From NCBI GenBank assembly GCA_965221905.1, contig OZ244922.1:3008001-3072000 (forward strand): a DNA stretch of 64,000 nucleotides. The letters are read 5' to 3'. Below the pieces are notes generated by a model, which was not told the DNA's origin, ran no database searches, and saw only the letters and a list, made by a program, of their open reading frames with translations. Numbering within the stretch: the stretch's first letter is position 1; each line of letters starts with the position of its first letter. The DNA is from Chloroflexota bacterium (GTDB lineage: Bacteria; Chloroflexota; UBA11872; VXOZ01). Below, piece after piece: positions 47,651-58,283 of the stretch. A program made the position numbers and the translations under genes.

Positions 47651-48936
47651 AGCGAATCGATCCTATCGATCACCCCGTAAACGCGACCGTTACCCTGCCG
47701 GGATCGAAAAGCTATACCAACCGAGCGCTCATCATCGCCGCCATGGCCGCCGGGACGTCGCAGTTGCGACAGGCCCTCTTCAGCGACGACACCGTCTACA
47801 TGGCCCAAGCGCTCCGGGAGCTTGGCATTCCCGTAACGGCGGATGAGACCACCAATACGTTCACTGTGGAAGGCCGGGGCGGCTCCATTCCCGCCAGCCG
47901 GGCCGATCTCTTCGTCGGTCTTTCCGGTACAAGCTCCCGCTTTCTCACGGCACTCGCCGCTTTGGGCCACGGTCAATACTGCATCAATGGGGTCGCGCGC
48001 ATGCGCGAGCGTCCGATGCAACCCTTACTCGCAAGCATCCGTCAGCTTGGCGGCACGGTTCGGTCCCGTCATGACAACGACTGCCTGCCCATTGAGATTT
48101 CTGGGCACGGACTGCGTGGCGGTGCTGCCGTGATGGCCGGCGACCAGAGCAGCCAATACTTCAGTGCTCTCCTGATGGTAGCGCCATACATGACACAAGG
48201 ACTTGATCTCTCTGTGGAAGGGCGCCTGATTCACGGTCAGTACATCACGATGACGATGAAGAGCATGGCGGACTTCGGGGTTGTGGCAACCGGCGAGGAA
48301 AACAAGCGCTTCCGCGTGGCGCCCGGGCAACGCTATCAGGCCCGCACGTACGATATCGAACCGGACGCCTCAGCCGCTTCGTACTTCTTTGCTGCCGCTG
48401 CGCTTACGGGAGGTACCATGCGCGTGGAGAATCTCGGCGCTGACTCTGCCCAGGGAGACTTGGACTTTGTCGACGTGCTGTCAGAGATGGGCTGCAACGT
48501 TGAAAAGGGCGCCGATCACGTGAGAGTAACTGGGCCCGGAAAACTACGGGGCGTGGACGTTGACATGGGATCGCTCTCCGATACGTTCATGACTCTTGCC
48601 GCCCTTGCGCCGTTTGCGGACGGCCCGACCGTCATTCGCGGCATAGCGCACACCCGGCTGCAAGAAACCGACCGTGTCCATGCCACCGCCCAAGAGTTGC
48701 AGAAGCTCGGGGTTGCAGTTGAAGAATTCGAAGACGAACTACACATCAGGCCCGGCCCCATGCACGGGGCTACCATCGATCCCCACAACGACCACCGCAT
48801 TGCCATGAGCTTTGCGCTGGTGGGTCTACGGCAGCCTGGTGTTGTAATCGGCAATCCCGCTTGCGTAGCCAAGACATTCCCCGATTTCTTTGACCGTTTG
48901 GATGCGGCAACATCCCCCACCAGCGCGCCGGTCTAG
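47647..48936 (+). CDS. aroA: 3-phosphoshikimate 1-carboxyvinyltransferase (EPSP synthase)
   Basis: PGSKSYTNR, RERPM, SSQYFS, R.QETDR, DHRIAM and V.KTFP. Confidence 0.96.
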   Translation: MKRIDPIDHPVNATVTLPGSKSYTNRALIIAAMAAGTSQLRQALFSDDTVYMAQALRELGIPVTADETTNTFTVEGRGGSIPASRADLFVGLSGTSSRFLTALAALGHGQYCINGVARMRERPMQPLLASIRQLGGTVRSRHDNDCLPIEISGHGLRGGAAVMAGDQSSQYFSALLMVAPYMTQGLDLSVEGRLIHGQYITMTMKSMADFGVVATGEENKRFRVAPGQRYQARTYDIEPDASAASYFFAAAALTGGTMRVENLGADSAQGDLDFVDVLSEMGCNVEKGADHVRVTGPGKLRGVDVDMGSLSDTFMTLAALAPFADGPTVIRGIAHTRLQETDRVHATAQELQKLGVAVEEFEDELHIRPGPMHGATIDPHNDHRIAMSFALVGLRQPGVVIGNPACVAKTFPDFFDRLDAATSPTSAPV

Positions 48937-49296
48937 CGTGTAATGCCGCCATTGCGCCTGCGATCGGCTTGGGTCTGTCCGGTATTTCGGAGGGATGTGC
49001 TATTAACGTGGTTTCATGCGCCTTTGGCTGAATTCCTCCCGCTTGCTTCTCGCTCAATGTGCTGCCGCTCAGTCCAGGAGCGGGCCTCCCTAACGCAGTC
49101 GCAAGAGCGTTGGCTGTAAAGCTCACGGTCGGAAGGACACTAGTGCCGCGCGGTGAAGGGGAAGGACTCAACTCGCACAGGGCTGCGGAAAATTCCATTG
49201 AGACCGGTCGTAATCGCGTTGTTGCAGAGGCGCTCTGCCTAGCGTAGAGTGAGGTTATCCCGTTAGGTAGCAAGCAACTATATACGAGAAACACGC

Positions 49297-50043
49297 ATGC
49301 CCAGGCAAGAGAGCATCTCTGTCTTTTTTCCCGCCTACAACGATGAGCACACGATTGGTACCCTCGTAGAGCAGTCCATTTCCGTGATTGAACGGCTGGG
49401 ATTCACTGACTATGAGGTCATCGCCATCAATGACGGCAGCGAAGACGGCACAGCGGCAGTGCTGGCGCGGTTGGAAAGCGATCTACCGCAATTTCGCGTG
49501 ATTACGCACCCAAAGAATCGCGGCTATGGCGGGGCGCTCCGCAGCGGCTTCAGCGCAGCCTGTAAAGACTTGGTCTTCTACACTGACGGCGACGCCCAGT
49601 ATGACGTGGAAGAGCTACCATTGCTCTTGGAAAAACTGGCGGATGCCGTTGACGTTGTGAACGGCTACAAAATTTCACGGAAAGATTTCTGGGTTCGAGA
49701 TATTGTTGGAAAGCTGTATCGCAGCACTATGCGTTTGTTCTTCAAGACACCGATTCAAGACATTGACTGTGATTTCCGCCTCATCCGGCGTCGGGCATTG
49801 GACTCAATTCACCTTACTATGAATAGTGGCGCCATTTGCTTAGAGCTCGTCGCAGAGCTAGCTGCTAGTGGCTCCCGCTTCGCCGAGGTAGGCGTGACAC
49901 ATCTTCCCCGTCAATATGGCCGCTCACAGTTCTTTCGTCCGCGCCACATCATTCAGACGTTGGCGGATGATTTTCGCTTTTGGTTTCGCTTGCGCCAGGC
50001 GCGCCGATCCTACATCGCGCGGGAAGAGCAAGATACCCCCTAG
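49297..50043 (+). CDS. Glycosyltransferase family 2 (polyprenol-phosphate glycosyltransferase-like)
   Basis: FPAYND, NDGSEDGT, NRGYG.A, TDGDAQY and DIDCDFRL. Confidence 0.92.
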   Translation: MPRQESISVFFPAYNDEHTIGTLVEQSISVIERLGFTDYEVIAINDGSEDGTAAVLARLESDLPQFRVITHPKNRGYGGALRSGFSAACKDLVFYTDGDAQYDVEELPLLLEKLADAVDVVNGYKISRKDFWVRDIVGKLYRSTMRLFFKTPIQDIDCDFRLIRRRALDSIHLTMNSGAICLELVAELAASGSRFAEVGVTHLPRQYGRSQFFRPRHIIQTLADDFRFWFRLRQARRSYIAREEQDTP

Positions 50044-50344
50044 GCACGCTTTCAACCTCGCCTGTGCTCTCCAATTGCGGCTAAGACTCTCTCCCAGTTC
50101 GCCCTAGAACCATGCTGCCCTAAGCCCAATCTAAACTGAAGGCAACCTGTCAAGAGACATGGACTGCGATCGGGGATTTTGGCAATCCTTGCCACGTATT
50201 TCCCAAACCAGCGAGAGTTTCCAGGCCAAATTCTAGTACATACGAAGTCGTTCGCAGCCGAGCGCCTTGGCTGAGAATACCACCACTGGCCGACTCCTTC
50301 TAAGCCAGGCACCGTCTACATAGCGTGTTTGCTACAGTGCGCGA

Positions 50345-52642
50345 TTGCCTGCTACTATCGCTTGTATGAGGCGCTTTCACTCTACTCATGCGACACCGCT
50401 CGCAGGATTCCATCCCTCCCTGGAAGACGCACCGAAGCACACACTGCGGCTGCTTGGCGTAATATTCCTCTTCTTTTTCTTGGTGTACGTCTTGACTGCA
50501 GGCGGTCATGAGTATAGCCCTGACGGACGCTTTGCGTACAACATGGGGCAAAGTCTCATATTGGACCCCGATCACGCCTACTTAAGGCAAGAATATCGCG
50601 GTCTGGCGTGGTGGGGAATTGGGTTACCCTTGCTCTTCCAACCTACCTTGGTCTTGGGCGGCATGATCAGCCCCTTGCTGCCGCAGAAGGACACTTTTGA
50701 GCACGAGGGGCGCACGTATGTGCTCGGAGACTATCCTGTACTCGCATTTAGAGGCACTCCCAATAGGGTGGAGACGTTCTACATTCCTATTAAGGACGTG
50801 CGCGCCAGAGGTCTTGTTATTTTTTCCTACCTGGCGTCGTCCTTAGAGATCAGTGAAGGTACACGAGTCGCCACAGTCACGTTAGATACCGTTCCGACAG
50901 GCAGATTCTTTGGAGAGATGATAGCTGGGCGAGACACGGCGGAGTGGGCATACGACCGCCCGGACGTGCGCGGTAAGGTGGCACACGGCAAGGCAAGTGC
51001 CGCGGCGAGCCGTATTGGGATCCCAAGTTCCAGCATTTACGTTTCCGAACTGCTCTTTCCGCAGAGCGTGACCGTAAAGAGCGTGACCATCCAGTATCTG
51101 GCTAACGAAGGCAACTTGCACATTTCATCCCTCAACCTCATCGATGCCGAAACTGACCAGCCGATAATGATCGGCGCCCGAGGTAGGGTCTGGTCCGAGC
51201 GGGAAAACAGCGGCTTCTTCACGCGCTTGTTTGCTCTATTCACCAACGCCTGGGTAACGGCCCTGAACGCCGTACTGTTATTTCTCATTGCGCGTCGACT
51301 TGGGTATCACGGCCACGTTGCACTTTCCTTGACATTCCTATTTGGTTTTGCAACGCTTGCGTGGCCGTACGCAAAATACGACTTCGCTGAACCAGGCGTT
51401 ACGCTAGCGCTTCTTGGCACAGTCTACTTCCTGCTGCGCGGTCTCCAAGACCAGCAGTTAGGCTGGCTGCTTGTTGGTGGATTTACAATACTAGGCGGCA
51501 TCGCCATAAAATACGTAACGGCCATGAATCTTGCTATACTGGCAGCTATCCCGGCACTTGTCACTTTGCAAAGCGCCAACCGGTCTCTGCGAACCCTTGC
51601 CCGGGCCCTCGCACGCACCATCGTGTTTTTGGCCCCAGCAGGCGTACTCGGTTCGGCAGCACTTGCCGTACTCGTATTCGTTCTTAACATACGGCCTCCT
51701 GTGCTGACGAATTTCGCTGACAGGTTTGCTGCCTGGCTTGACCTCCCAATCTGGATCGGCCTCTACGGCAACCTGCTGAGTCCGGGAAAGAGCGTCTTCC
51801 TCTATGCGCCGCCCCTGATCCTGGCCCTATTCGGCAGCCTACCCTTTATTTCACGGCACAAGTGGTGGGCGCTGCCCTTTATTGGAATACCGCTGCTTTA
51901 TTTGCTGGTCTATAGCGCCAAGGGTGTCTGGTACGGAGGCAGTAGCTGGGGGCCGCGCTATCTGGTTCCGGCGGTACCCCTCTTCCTCGTCATGGCCTCT
52001 CCTATAATCGAGAAAGCCATCTTCGACAATGGCATCAGGGAGCTTCGGGCAACTCTAGTGCTAGGTGCTACCGGAATCGGCATCCAGATTCTTGCAATTG
52101 CCAATCACTTCGACTGGTACTTCGGCCTGTTGCGCTCCCAGATCCTCCCGCAAGTACCGGAAAGCGGTGCTTTTCTCGCCGGTCGAGTGGGTCAAGCCTA
52201 TTTTGCCCACCCTACGAACAACCCTTGGGATCAAGAGAATGTCCTATATCTTTTCGCGGCTCCGTTTTCACCCATCTTTGCCCATGTCTGGATGCTGGCA
52301 GCAGACTTCGCAAAACTCTTCTTGCCGACACGACCCGACCTCCTCCTCGGTATACTCGGTCACCCGCCCTGGTCTATTCTCGGCGTTGCCATATGGCCGC
52401 AGAATCCAGAATACCTCCTGGGCCTTGACTTTTGGTCTATGATTCTCTGGCGGGAATATTCCAATCACATGTTCTTTCTGGCGATCGTGCTGATCGTTGT
52501 CTTGGCCGTAGAAGCGGCAATCCTCTATTGCTGGTCCTGGCTGTGCCGGAAATTTGAACTGCCCCTGCGTCTCTATTGGGGCGGGATTGCCGGCTTGGCG
52601 GCGTTTTTCATTCTCTTCGACATGGCTCACATCCTGCAGTAG
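50345..52642 (+). CDS. Polytopic membrane protein, GT-C-like, with an inserted extracytoplasmic domain
   Basis: Many TM segments, SPDG loop, WPYAK.DFAEP, LLSPGKSVFLYAP and WGPRYLVP. Start codon uncertain. Confidence 0.7.
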   Translation: MPATIACMRRFHSTHATPLAGFHPSLEDAPKHTLRLLGVIFLFFFLVYVLTAGGHEYSPDGRFAYNMGQSLILDPDHAYLRQEYRGLAWWGIGLPLLFQPTLVLGGMISPLLPQKDTFEHEGRTYVLGDYPVLAFRGTPNRVETFYIPIKDVRARGLVIFSYLASSLEISEGTRVATVTLDTVPTGRFFGEMIAGRDTAEWAYDRPDVRGKVAHGKASAAASRIGIPSSSIYVSELLFPQSVTVKSVTIQYLANEGNLHISSLNLIDAETDQPIMIGARGRVWSERENSGFFTRLFALFTNAWVTALNAVLLFLIARRLGYHGHVALSLTFLFGFATLAWPYAKYDFAEPGVTLALLGTVYFLLRGLQDQQLGWLLVGGFTILGGIAIKYVTAMNLAILAAIPALVTLQSANRSLRTLARALARTIVFLAPAGVLGSAALAVLVFVLNIRPPVLTNFADRFAAWLDLPIWIGLYGNLLSPGKSVFLYAPPLILALFGSLPFISRHKWWALPFIGIPLLYLLVYSAKGVWYGGSSWGPRYLVPAVPLFLVMASPIIEKAIFDNGIRELRATLVLGATGIGIQILAIANHFDWYFGLLRSQILPQVPESGAFLAGRVGQAYFAHPTNNPWDQENVLYLFAAPFSPIFAHVWMLAADFAKLFLPTRPDLLLGILGHPPWSILGVAIWPQNPEYLLGLDFWSMILWREYSNHMFFLAIVLIVVLAVEAAILYCWSWLCRKFELPLRLYWGGIAGLAAFFILFDMAHILQ

Positions 52643-52911
52643 CTACAGCGTGCGCTGTAACGGGCTCTGGGCGGCCCGTGCCGGAGCCACTTGAAGAGGT
52701 GGGCTTAGTAGCGGCCGCCCTGCCTATTCAATCACACAGCAGCGGCGGCACTCGACTATGCGGCAATGCAGGTACGGTTTGGTGAGAATCGCCCGCCGCA
52801 GACACGCCTCAGATAGGAATTGAAGCCTGAATGAAGTGCCGCTTTAACTCAATGAGACGCAGCGAGAGACAGTCCACAGGGGTGGTGGAACTCAAGAGAC
52901 AAGAGCGAGAC

Positions 52912-53316
52912 CTACACGTTGCACGGAATTATTTGCACTGCCACTGTGCGCCGCGGGCGCGGCCCGTCAAGCTCCACGAAGAAGACGCTTTGCCAGGTCC
53001 CCAGAACCAAACGGCCTTCATGGACCGGGATCATAAGATTGCTCCCTACGATCCCTGCGGTTAGGTGTGACCGCGCATTGTTGTCCAGGCAGTCATGCCG
53101 ATAATGAGCTTGCGGTAACAGTGCTTCCACAACGGTTTCGAAGTCCTGCTTTAGGCCATGCTCGTTCTCGTTGACAATCAAGCAAGAGGTAGTATGCAAA
53201 CAGAAGACACTGCATACACCTTCATGTATGCCGGATTCCCCTACAGCGTCGTGAAGATCGCTGGTTATGTCGAGGAGTTCAGTTGATTGTGTGGAAGCAA
53301 GAGTAATCGTCTTCAT
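52912..53316 (-). CDS. YjbQ (UPF0047) family protein
   Basis: HTT.C..VNENE, Y.HD..DNNARSH and LGTWQSVFFVELDGPR. Confidence 0.92.
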   Translation of the reverse strand: MKTITLASTQSTELLDITSDLHDAVGESGIHEGVCSVFCLHTTSCLIVNENEHGLKQDFETVVEALLPQAHYRHDCLDNNARSHLTAGIVGSNLMIPVHEGRLVLGTWQSVFFVELDGPRPRRTVAVQIIPCNV

Positions 53317-53812
53317 AGCTCTAATCTCACAATACCACACGCTTCCGCACCCAAACAAAGACGCAAGGTAAGATTTCTCTCAGCTTGCTATGTGCACAGA
53401 CTCAGTCTTTTATTTCCAAATAGTCGGCCCCCCACGGAGGAAATCACAAGGAGAGATTCTTCTTCCTTACCAAAGCCGTCATTCGGCCCCGTACATTCTC
53501 TTCGACCAACGTAGTTTCGGGCGCAGTTTGTGCTCACGTGCAGGATGTTTCGCGAGCTCTTGCACACGCCTTCACTCCTGCCCGTTCATCCAGGAAGGAC
53601 GACAAGAAGTGGTCCGAAAGCCACTTCTTATGCCCTCGTTGCACTACATAGTACGAGACGTCCATCGCGACAAAGCAGTCAGGTCGCAGGCGGCCGGCTT
53701 TACTACTCCAGAATCTCAGTCCTGTCACACGGACTACTGCCACGATGGGCACTACAGGTGACGCGGCGCCGCTGTTATTCAAGACATTTGCAGAGACAAG
53801 AATGAGTCATGC

Positions 53813-56800
53813 CTACCTCCCCGCATCACTCATTCCTACAGTTCGCGACTGCGTTCGGGTAGTCGCATAAATGAGAGCGCACAACGCTGCAGACAACCAG
53901 AACCAACTTGCCAAGTCCGGCAGGAAATAGTAATTATCCAACAGCCCATGGCTCACTGCGGCGAGTTGGCTCCCAGCGAGACCAACGCCCATGGCGCGAG
54001 CCGCTCCTTCGTCGCTGCTATAGACTATGCGGTGTGTGAACAGGAAAAATCGCACGAGATAACCGACTATAAAAACAAGACCCACTATTCCAAGGCGTAG
54101 CCAAAAGTCGAGGAAGAGGTTATGGGGGTGCGAGAGGTTTGGTTCACGCCAGGCTGCCGGGTTCAAGTACTGCGCATGGACATAGAGGAAGTTGTCCAGT
54201 CCGACGCCCGTAATTGGGTAATCTGCGATCATTCGGAGTGAAGACTGCCCTTGAATTAGCCGCGTATGCGTGGTCGTGCCCGGCTCCAGACTCAGCAGCG
54301 AGCGCACGCGCTCCGGGCCGAAGGAGACGCCTCCAGCTACCAGCAGCACTGTCACCAGCACAACGCCCCCCACGATACGAACCCGTTGTCTGCCAGCCGG
54401 AATGAGCACCCAAATGATGAATAGCAGCAATACGAACCCGGCTATCCAGCCTGCGCGCGAAAAGCTGCCCAGTAGCGTGAGCGCCAGGATACCTGCAATC
54501 GGCCACGCCACCCGGGAGGGCCACAGCTTGAATATGCCTGCAGCGACCACAAAGGGCAGTGCGCGCTCCACTATCATTGCCAGATGATTTGGCGAGGGAT
54601 AGAAACCCGTAAGCCGCATCACTCCTTCCGCCCTTACCACGGAGCTGGGAGCGAGGATCGGCTCTGCGAGTGCTGCGACGGCCGCAATTACGGCCCCCGC
54701 CACAAATGCCTGTATCAACCACCAGGCCTGTTGGCGATTTTCCAAAAGCCAGCTCGCCACCAGAAACAAGAGAACCGGCACGATGATCGTCTGCCGTAGC
54801 TCACGCAGGCTAAAGACCGCGTAATGCGAAAACAGAAGGGAAACCGCCCCGATCCCGATCAGACCGATTGCCCACCATGAGAACTCGCGCCGCGGGAACG
54901 GTAAGCGCTGTTGAATGTACGCGTGCGCGATGAGCGATCCCGTAAGCAGCACCGCCAAAGTCTCGCTAACCGGCAGTGTCAGACGGCCAGCGGCGGGTAT
55001 CAGCACGGTAAAGGGCAGTGTTAGCGCTAGCACGAACAGCAGCGCACGAGGCCAAACGAGCGCACCGAGGGCGAGCAATGCCACAACCAGAATCTGTGGC
55101 CCCGTTCCCGGTGCCATCCAGAGCACCACGGACATCGCGAGGAGCAACGCAAACCTAGCCCGTTCAAATCGCCATACGCCGCTCGCGGTCCATCCCACGG
55201 CCCTCTGGAAAATCCGGTGCGCCCAGCGCCGCTGCCGCAGCCATCCGGTCAGGACCCAGCCCAACGCAGCAAAGAAACCCACGTAGAGTCCGCCCAGAGT
55301 GACATAGGGCCACAGCGGTCGTTCGCGAACCACTACCACCGCATCGATGTCTATGCCGGAGGCGCTAGACTGCGGGCTGTGCTCGCCTTTCACCACAACT
55401 TCGACGTCGTGCACGCGGTCCGGGAGTCGATCTGCCAGCAACACCTCTTCCTGCCATCGGTCCTCGGGAGCATAGAGATCAAGAATGGCCTGTCCACCCG
55501 CGTCTTTGTCCAACCGGTGTGCCAGCGACTGTGTGCCGTTGATGCGAACAAGCGCGAAGCCTTTGTCCGGCCCTTTGTTCACCACCAGCGAAACCGCAGT
55601 ACCCCGAAAGTGAAAGCGCAGGCGGGCGCCCGCCAGCGGACTGCCCCGCGCCTGACCCAACGAATAGCGTTCGTGCTCGATGTCAATCCATTCGCTCTCC
55701 CAATTGAGCGCCGGATGCGTTTCCTGATGGTAGCCGGGACCCAGGACGGGTGGCGCGCGCATCAACTCCTGCATTGCCGTAAGCACCGGCCGCGGCGCAA
55801 AGTTCGCATCCACAATGCCGAAGTACTGTGTGGGGTCATCGGGGTCGGCTTGGGCCCAATAGAAGTGCCAGAGGTTAATCATCGGCATCCACGGCCACTC
55901 AGCCTGTGCGCGCTGCATCCCCTCTACGGTATAGCGCGCCTGTGTCTCCTCCGACACATTGCCCCACGGCGAAGGCTTGCCCTGCCAGTCCGGCGGCAGC
56001 GCAACCCACCCGTACTCACCGGCCCAGACGGGTTTTGCCGCGTCGCCATTTCTCACCATAACTTCACGAAAAAGAACCGCCCGCGAGAGATTGGTGCGGT
56101 GCGGTGCGACGTAACGGTCGTCCGGGGCATGCCACAACCCATAGGCTGCGCTACTCGCCACGTCGAAGTAGGGTGCACCGCCATGCTCATACATCCCCTG
56201 CAGGAAGATAAGTTCGCTGAGGTTCTTTGGGCCGGTCTCAATGGTAGGCGCGAGTACGGCGGCGACAATAATCGCCTCCGGATTCGCCTCCCGAATCCGC
56301 TGCGAAGCAACTTTCAGCATCTCAACGTATGCCGCCGGATCCGGGTTGTGCGGCCACCATTCTCCATAGAGATTGGGCTCGTTCCAGACCTGAAAGATCT
56401 GCACGTCCCCGCGATACCGCTGCGCGAACGCATACGCGAAGTCGCCAAAGTCCTCGAGTCGCTCCGGCGGCCCTTGGTTACGCCCATCATCCGGCGGTTG
56501 GCGATTAGGATACGCCCAGGGCGGCGGCCGTTCGAGGCGGGCGATGATGGTTAGGTTGTGTTGCTTGGCCAGTGCTACCAGCCGGTCGTACTTCTTCCAA
56601 CTGCTTTCCTGCAGAAGGTCGTTCCAGTACCTGCCCTTCAGCGGGCGCTCGATGTCTTCCCAGGGAAAGACCTGCCGAATGTAGGTAAAGCCAGCTTCCT
56701 CCAAGAGCGCCATGCCGCGCTCCACTCGTTCCCAGTCCGGCTCCTGGTCGAAGCGCGTGTTGATGCCGTAGCGGTATACGGCGGCATTCTGGATCGGGTA

Positions 56801-56917
56801 AATCAAATCGCGTCCGTAGGCAACACCGGTTTCAAACCAAAAGCGGAAACCCACCAGTGCAAGCGTCGCCCCGACAAGCAAGATGAGGTAGCCAATTAAA
56901 AAGTAGAATCGCTTCAT
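53813..56917 (-). CDS. Fusion of a clan GH-A glycoside hydrolase domain, a beta-sandwich and an O-antigen ligase/polymerase-like membrane domain
   Basis: WNEPN acid/base and GEYGW nucleophile-like motifs. C-terminal SPNHLA, SFSRAGW, GVGLDNF and HPHNLFLD. Confidence 0.82.
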   Translation of the reverse strand: MKRFYFLIGYLILLVGATLALVGFRFWFETGVAYGRDLIYPIQNAAVYRYGINTRFDQEPDWERVERGMALLEEAGFTYIRQVFPWEDIERPLKGRYWNDLLQESSWKKYDRLVALAKQHNLTIIARLERPPPWAYPNRQPPDDGRNQGPPERLEDFGDFAYAFAQRYRGDVQIFQVWNEPNLYGEWWPHNPDPAAYVEMLKVASQRIREANPEAIIVAAVLAPTIETGPKNLSELIFLQGMYEHGGAPYFDVASSAAYGLWHAPDDRYVAPHRTNLSRAVLFREVMVRNGDAAKPVWAGEYGWVALPPDWQGKPSPWGNVSEETQARYTVEGMQRAQAEWPWMPMINLWHFYWAQADPDDPTQYFGIVDANFAPRPVLTAMQELMRAPPVLGPGYHQETHPALNWESEWIDIEHERYSLGQARGSPLAGARLRFHFRGTAVSLVVNKGPDKGFALVRINGTQSLAHRLDKDAGGQAILDLYAPEDRWQEEVLLADRLPDRVHDVEVVVKGEHSPQSSASGIDIDAVVVVRERPLWPYVTLGGLYVGFFAALGWVLTGWLRQRRWAHRIFQRAVGWTASGVWRFERARFALLLAMSVVLWMAPGTGPQILVVALLALGALVWPRALLFVLALTLPFTVLIPAAGRLTLPVSETLAVLLTGSLIAHAYIQQRLPFPRREFSWWAIGLIGIGAVSLLFSHYAVFSLRELRQTIIVPVLLFLVASWLLENRQQAWWLIQAFVAGAVIAAVAALAEPILAPSSVVRAEGVMRLTGFYPSPNHLAMIVERALPFVVAAGIFKLWPSRVAWPIAGILALTLLGSFSRAGWIAGFVLLLFIIWVLIPAGRQRVRIVGGVVLVTVLLVAGGVSFGPERVRSLLSLEPGTTTHTRLIQGQSSLRMIADYPITGVGLDNFLYVHAQYLNPAAWREPNLSHPHNLFLDFWLRLGIVGLVFIVGYLVRFFLFTHRIVYSSDEGAARAMGVGLAGSQLAAVSHGLLDNYYFLPDLASWFWLSAALCALIYATTRTQSRTVGMSDAGR

Positions 56918-57060
56918 ATTTGGATAGTCTGCATCTGAATGCCCGCGCTCACGCGAGGCAACGGCACGCGGCATTGAACCACGAGGCGGCCGTTTGCTCG
57001 CGTGCCTATGGGCGCCTGCTGATCGACGCCGGCACTACTCCGGCCGGGAGCCTGAAGGCG

Positions 57061-58026
57061 TCAACTCGATACGTCCGCAAGCATCTCACGTTTGTACCAC
57101 TCCACGAAGCGCCCGACGCCCTCACTAAACGTGATCTTAGGTGCGAATCCAAGCAACTGCTCTGCCCGGTGAATGTCGGCATACGTCCGTGGCACGTCGC
57201 CCGGCTGCGGCGGGAGCATGATTCGCTCCGCCGTCACACCCAGCACCTTCTCAACTGTAGCGATCATGTCCCGTAAGAGCACGGGATGATTGCCGCCTAG
57301 ATTGATCACCTTGTGAGGGAATACGTTGTGCAGCGCCGCCACGACGCCATCGATAATGTCGTCAACGTACGTATAGTCCCGCCCGCTGGAACCGTCGCCA
57401 TAGAATGGGATTGGCTCATTCTGCAACAAGAGACGGACAAAGGTGTAGACTGCCAAATCTGGGCGCTGTCGCGGCCCGTGCACATTGAAGAACCGCAGAC
57501 ACGTCATTGGCAGGTCATAGTTATGTGCGTAGGCGTAGCAGTAAAGCTCCGCGGCGCGCTTGCCGGCTGCATACGGCGAGATGGTGGTACTGATTGGATC
57601 GTCTTCGGAGAACGGCACCTTGGCATTAAGACCGTACACCGATGACGACGATCCCAGAATGAACTGCTCCACGCTGAATTCCCGCGCTTGTTCCAGCACA
57701 TTGATCGTACCTTCGCCAAGCACCCGAGCATATGCTGCCGGTTCCTTAAGCGCCAGGCGCGCGTTGGCGCGCGCCGCAAGATGGACTACGCGCTCAGGTC
57801 TTGCTTCCTTGAAGACGTGGTGCAGTCCGCAGCTATCTAAAATATCCGCATCAAACAGGTGAAATCGAGGGTGGTTGTTGACCGCGGCAAGATTCCGACG
57901 CTTGCGCCGAGGATCATAGAACGAATCGAAGTTGTCCACCACGGAAACATCGTGATCTTCATGCAAGAGCCGTTCCACGAGATGCGAGCCAATGAAACCG
58001 GCCCCGCCGGTAACGAGAATCTTCAT
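57061..58026 (-). CDS. NAD-dependent nucleotide-sugar epimerase (UDP-glucuronate 4-epimerase-like)
   Basis: TGGAGFIG, SSSSVYG, YAAGK, LRFFNV.GPRQRPD and RDYTYVDD. Confidence 0.92.
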   Translation of the reverse strand: MKILVTGGAGFIGSHLVERLLHEDHDVSVVDNFDSFYDPRRKRRNLAAVNNHPRFHLFDADILDSCGLHHVFKEARPERVVHLAARANARLALKEPAAYARVLGEGTINVLEQAREFSVEQFILGSSSSVYGLNAKVPFSEDDPISTTISPYAAGKRAAELYCYAYAHNYDLPMTCLRFFNVHGPRQRPDLAVYTFVRLLLQNEPIPFYGDGSSGRDYTYVDDIIDGVVAALHNVFPHKVINLGGNHPVLLRDMIATVEKVLGVTAERIMLPPQPGDVPRTYADIHRAEQLLGFAPKITFSEGVGRFVEWYKREMLADVSS

Positions 58027-58283
58027 GTTGCTTGGCTAGACTCCTGCATGACTCTACAATTTGCGCTTATTATAGCGAGGTTTGTTACAAGAGACTCACG
58101 CCGGGGCTCAGCCATGACAGCGCAATGCTTGCATCACCATCTAGAAAATGATTTTCCGTGACCACGCAAAGCTCTTGCGTGGAGGGATTGACAGAAGACC
58201 GCAAGGAGAGACCGGAGCAAACAGTCGTCCCTAAGCTCTGCCGGGCGCCCGTCACGAAGAAGACGTTCGTTCCGGAGAGGATG

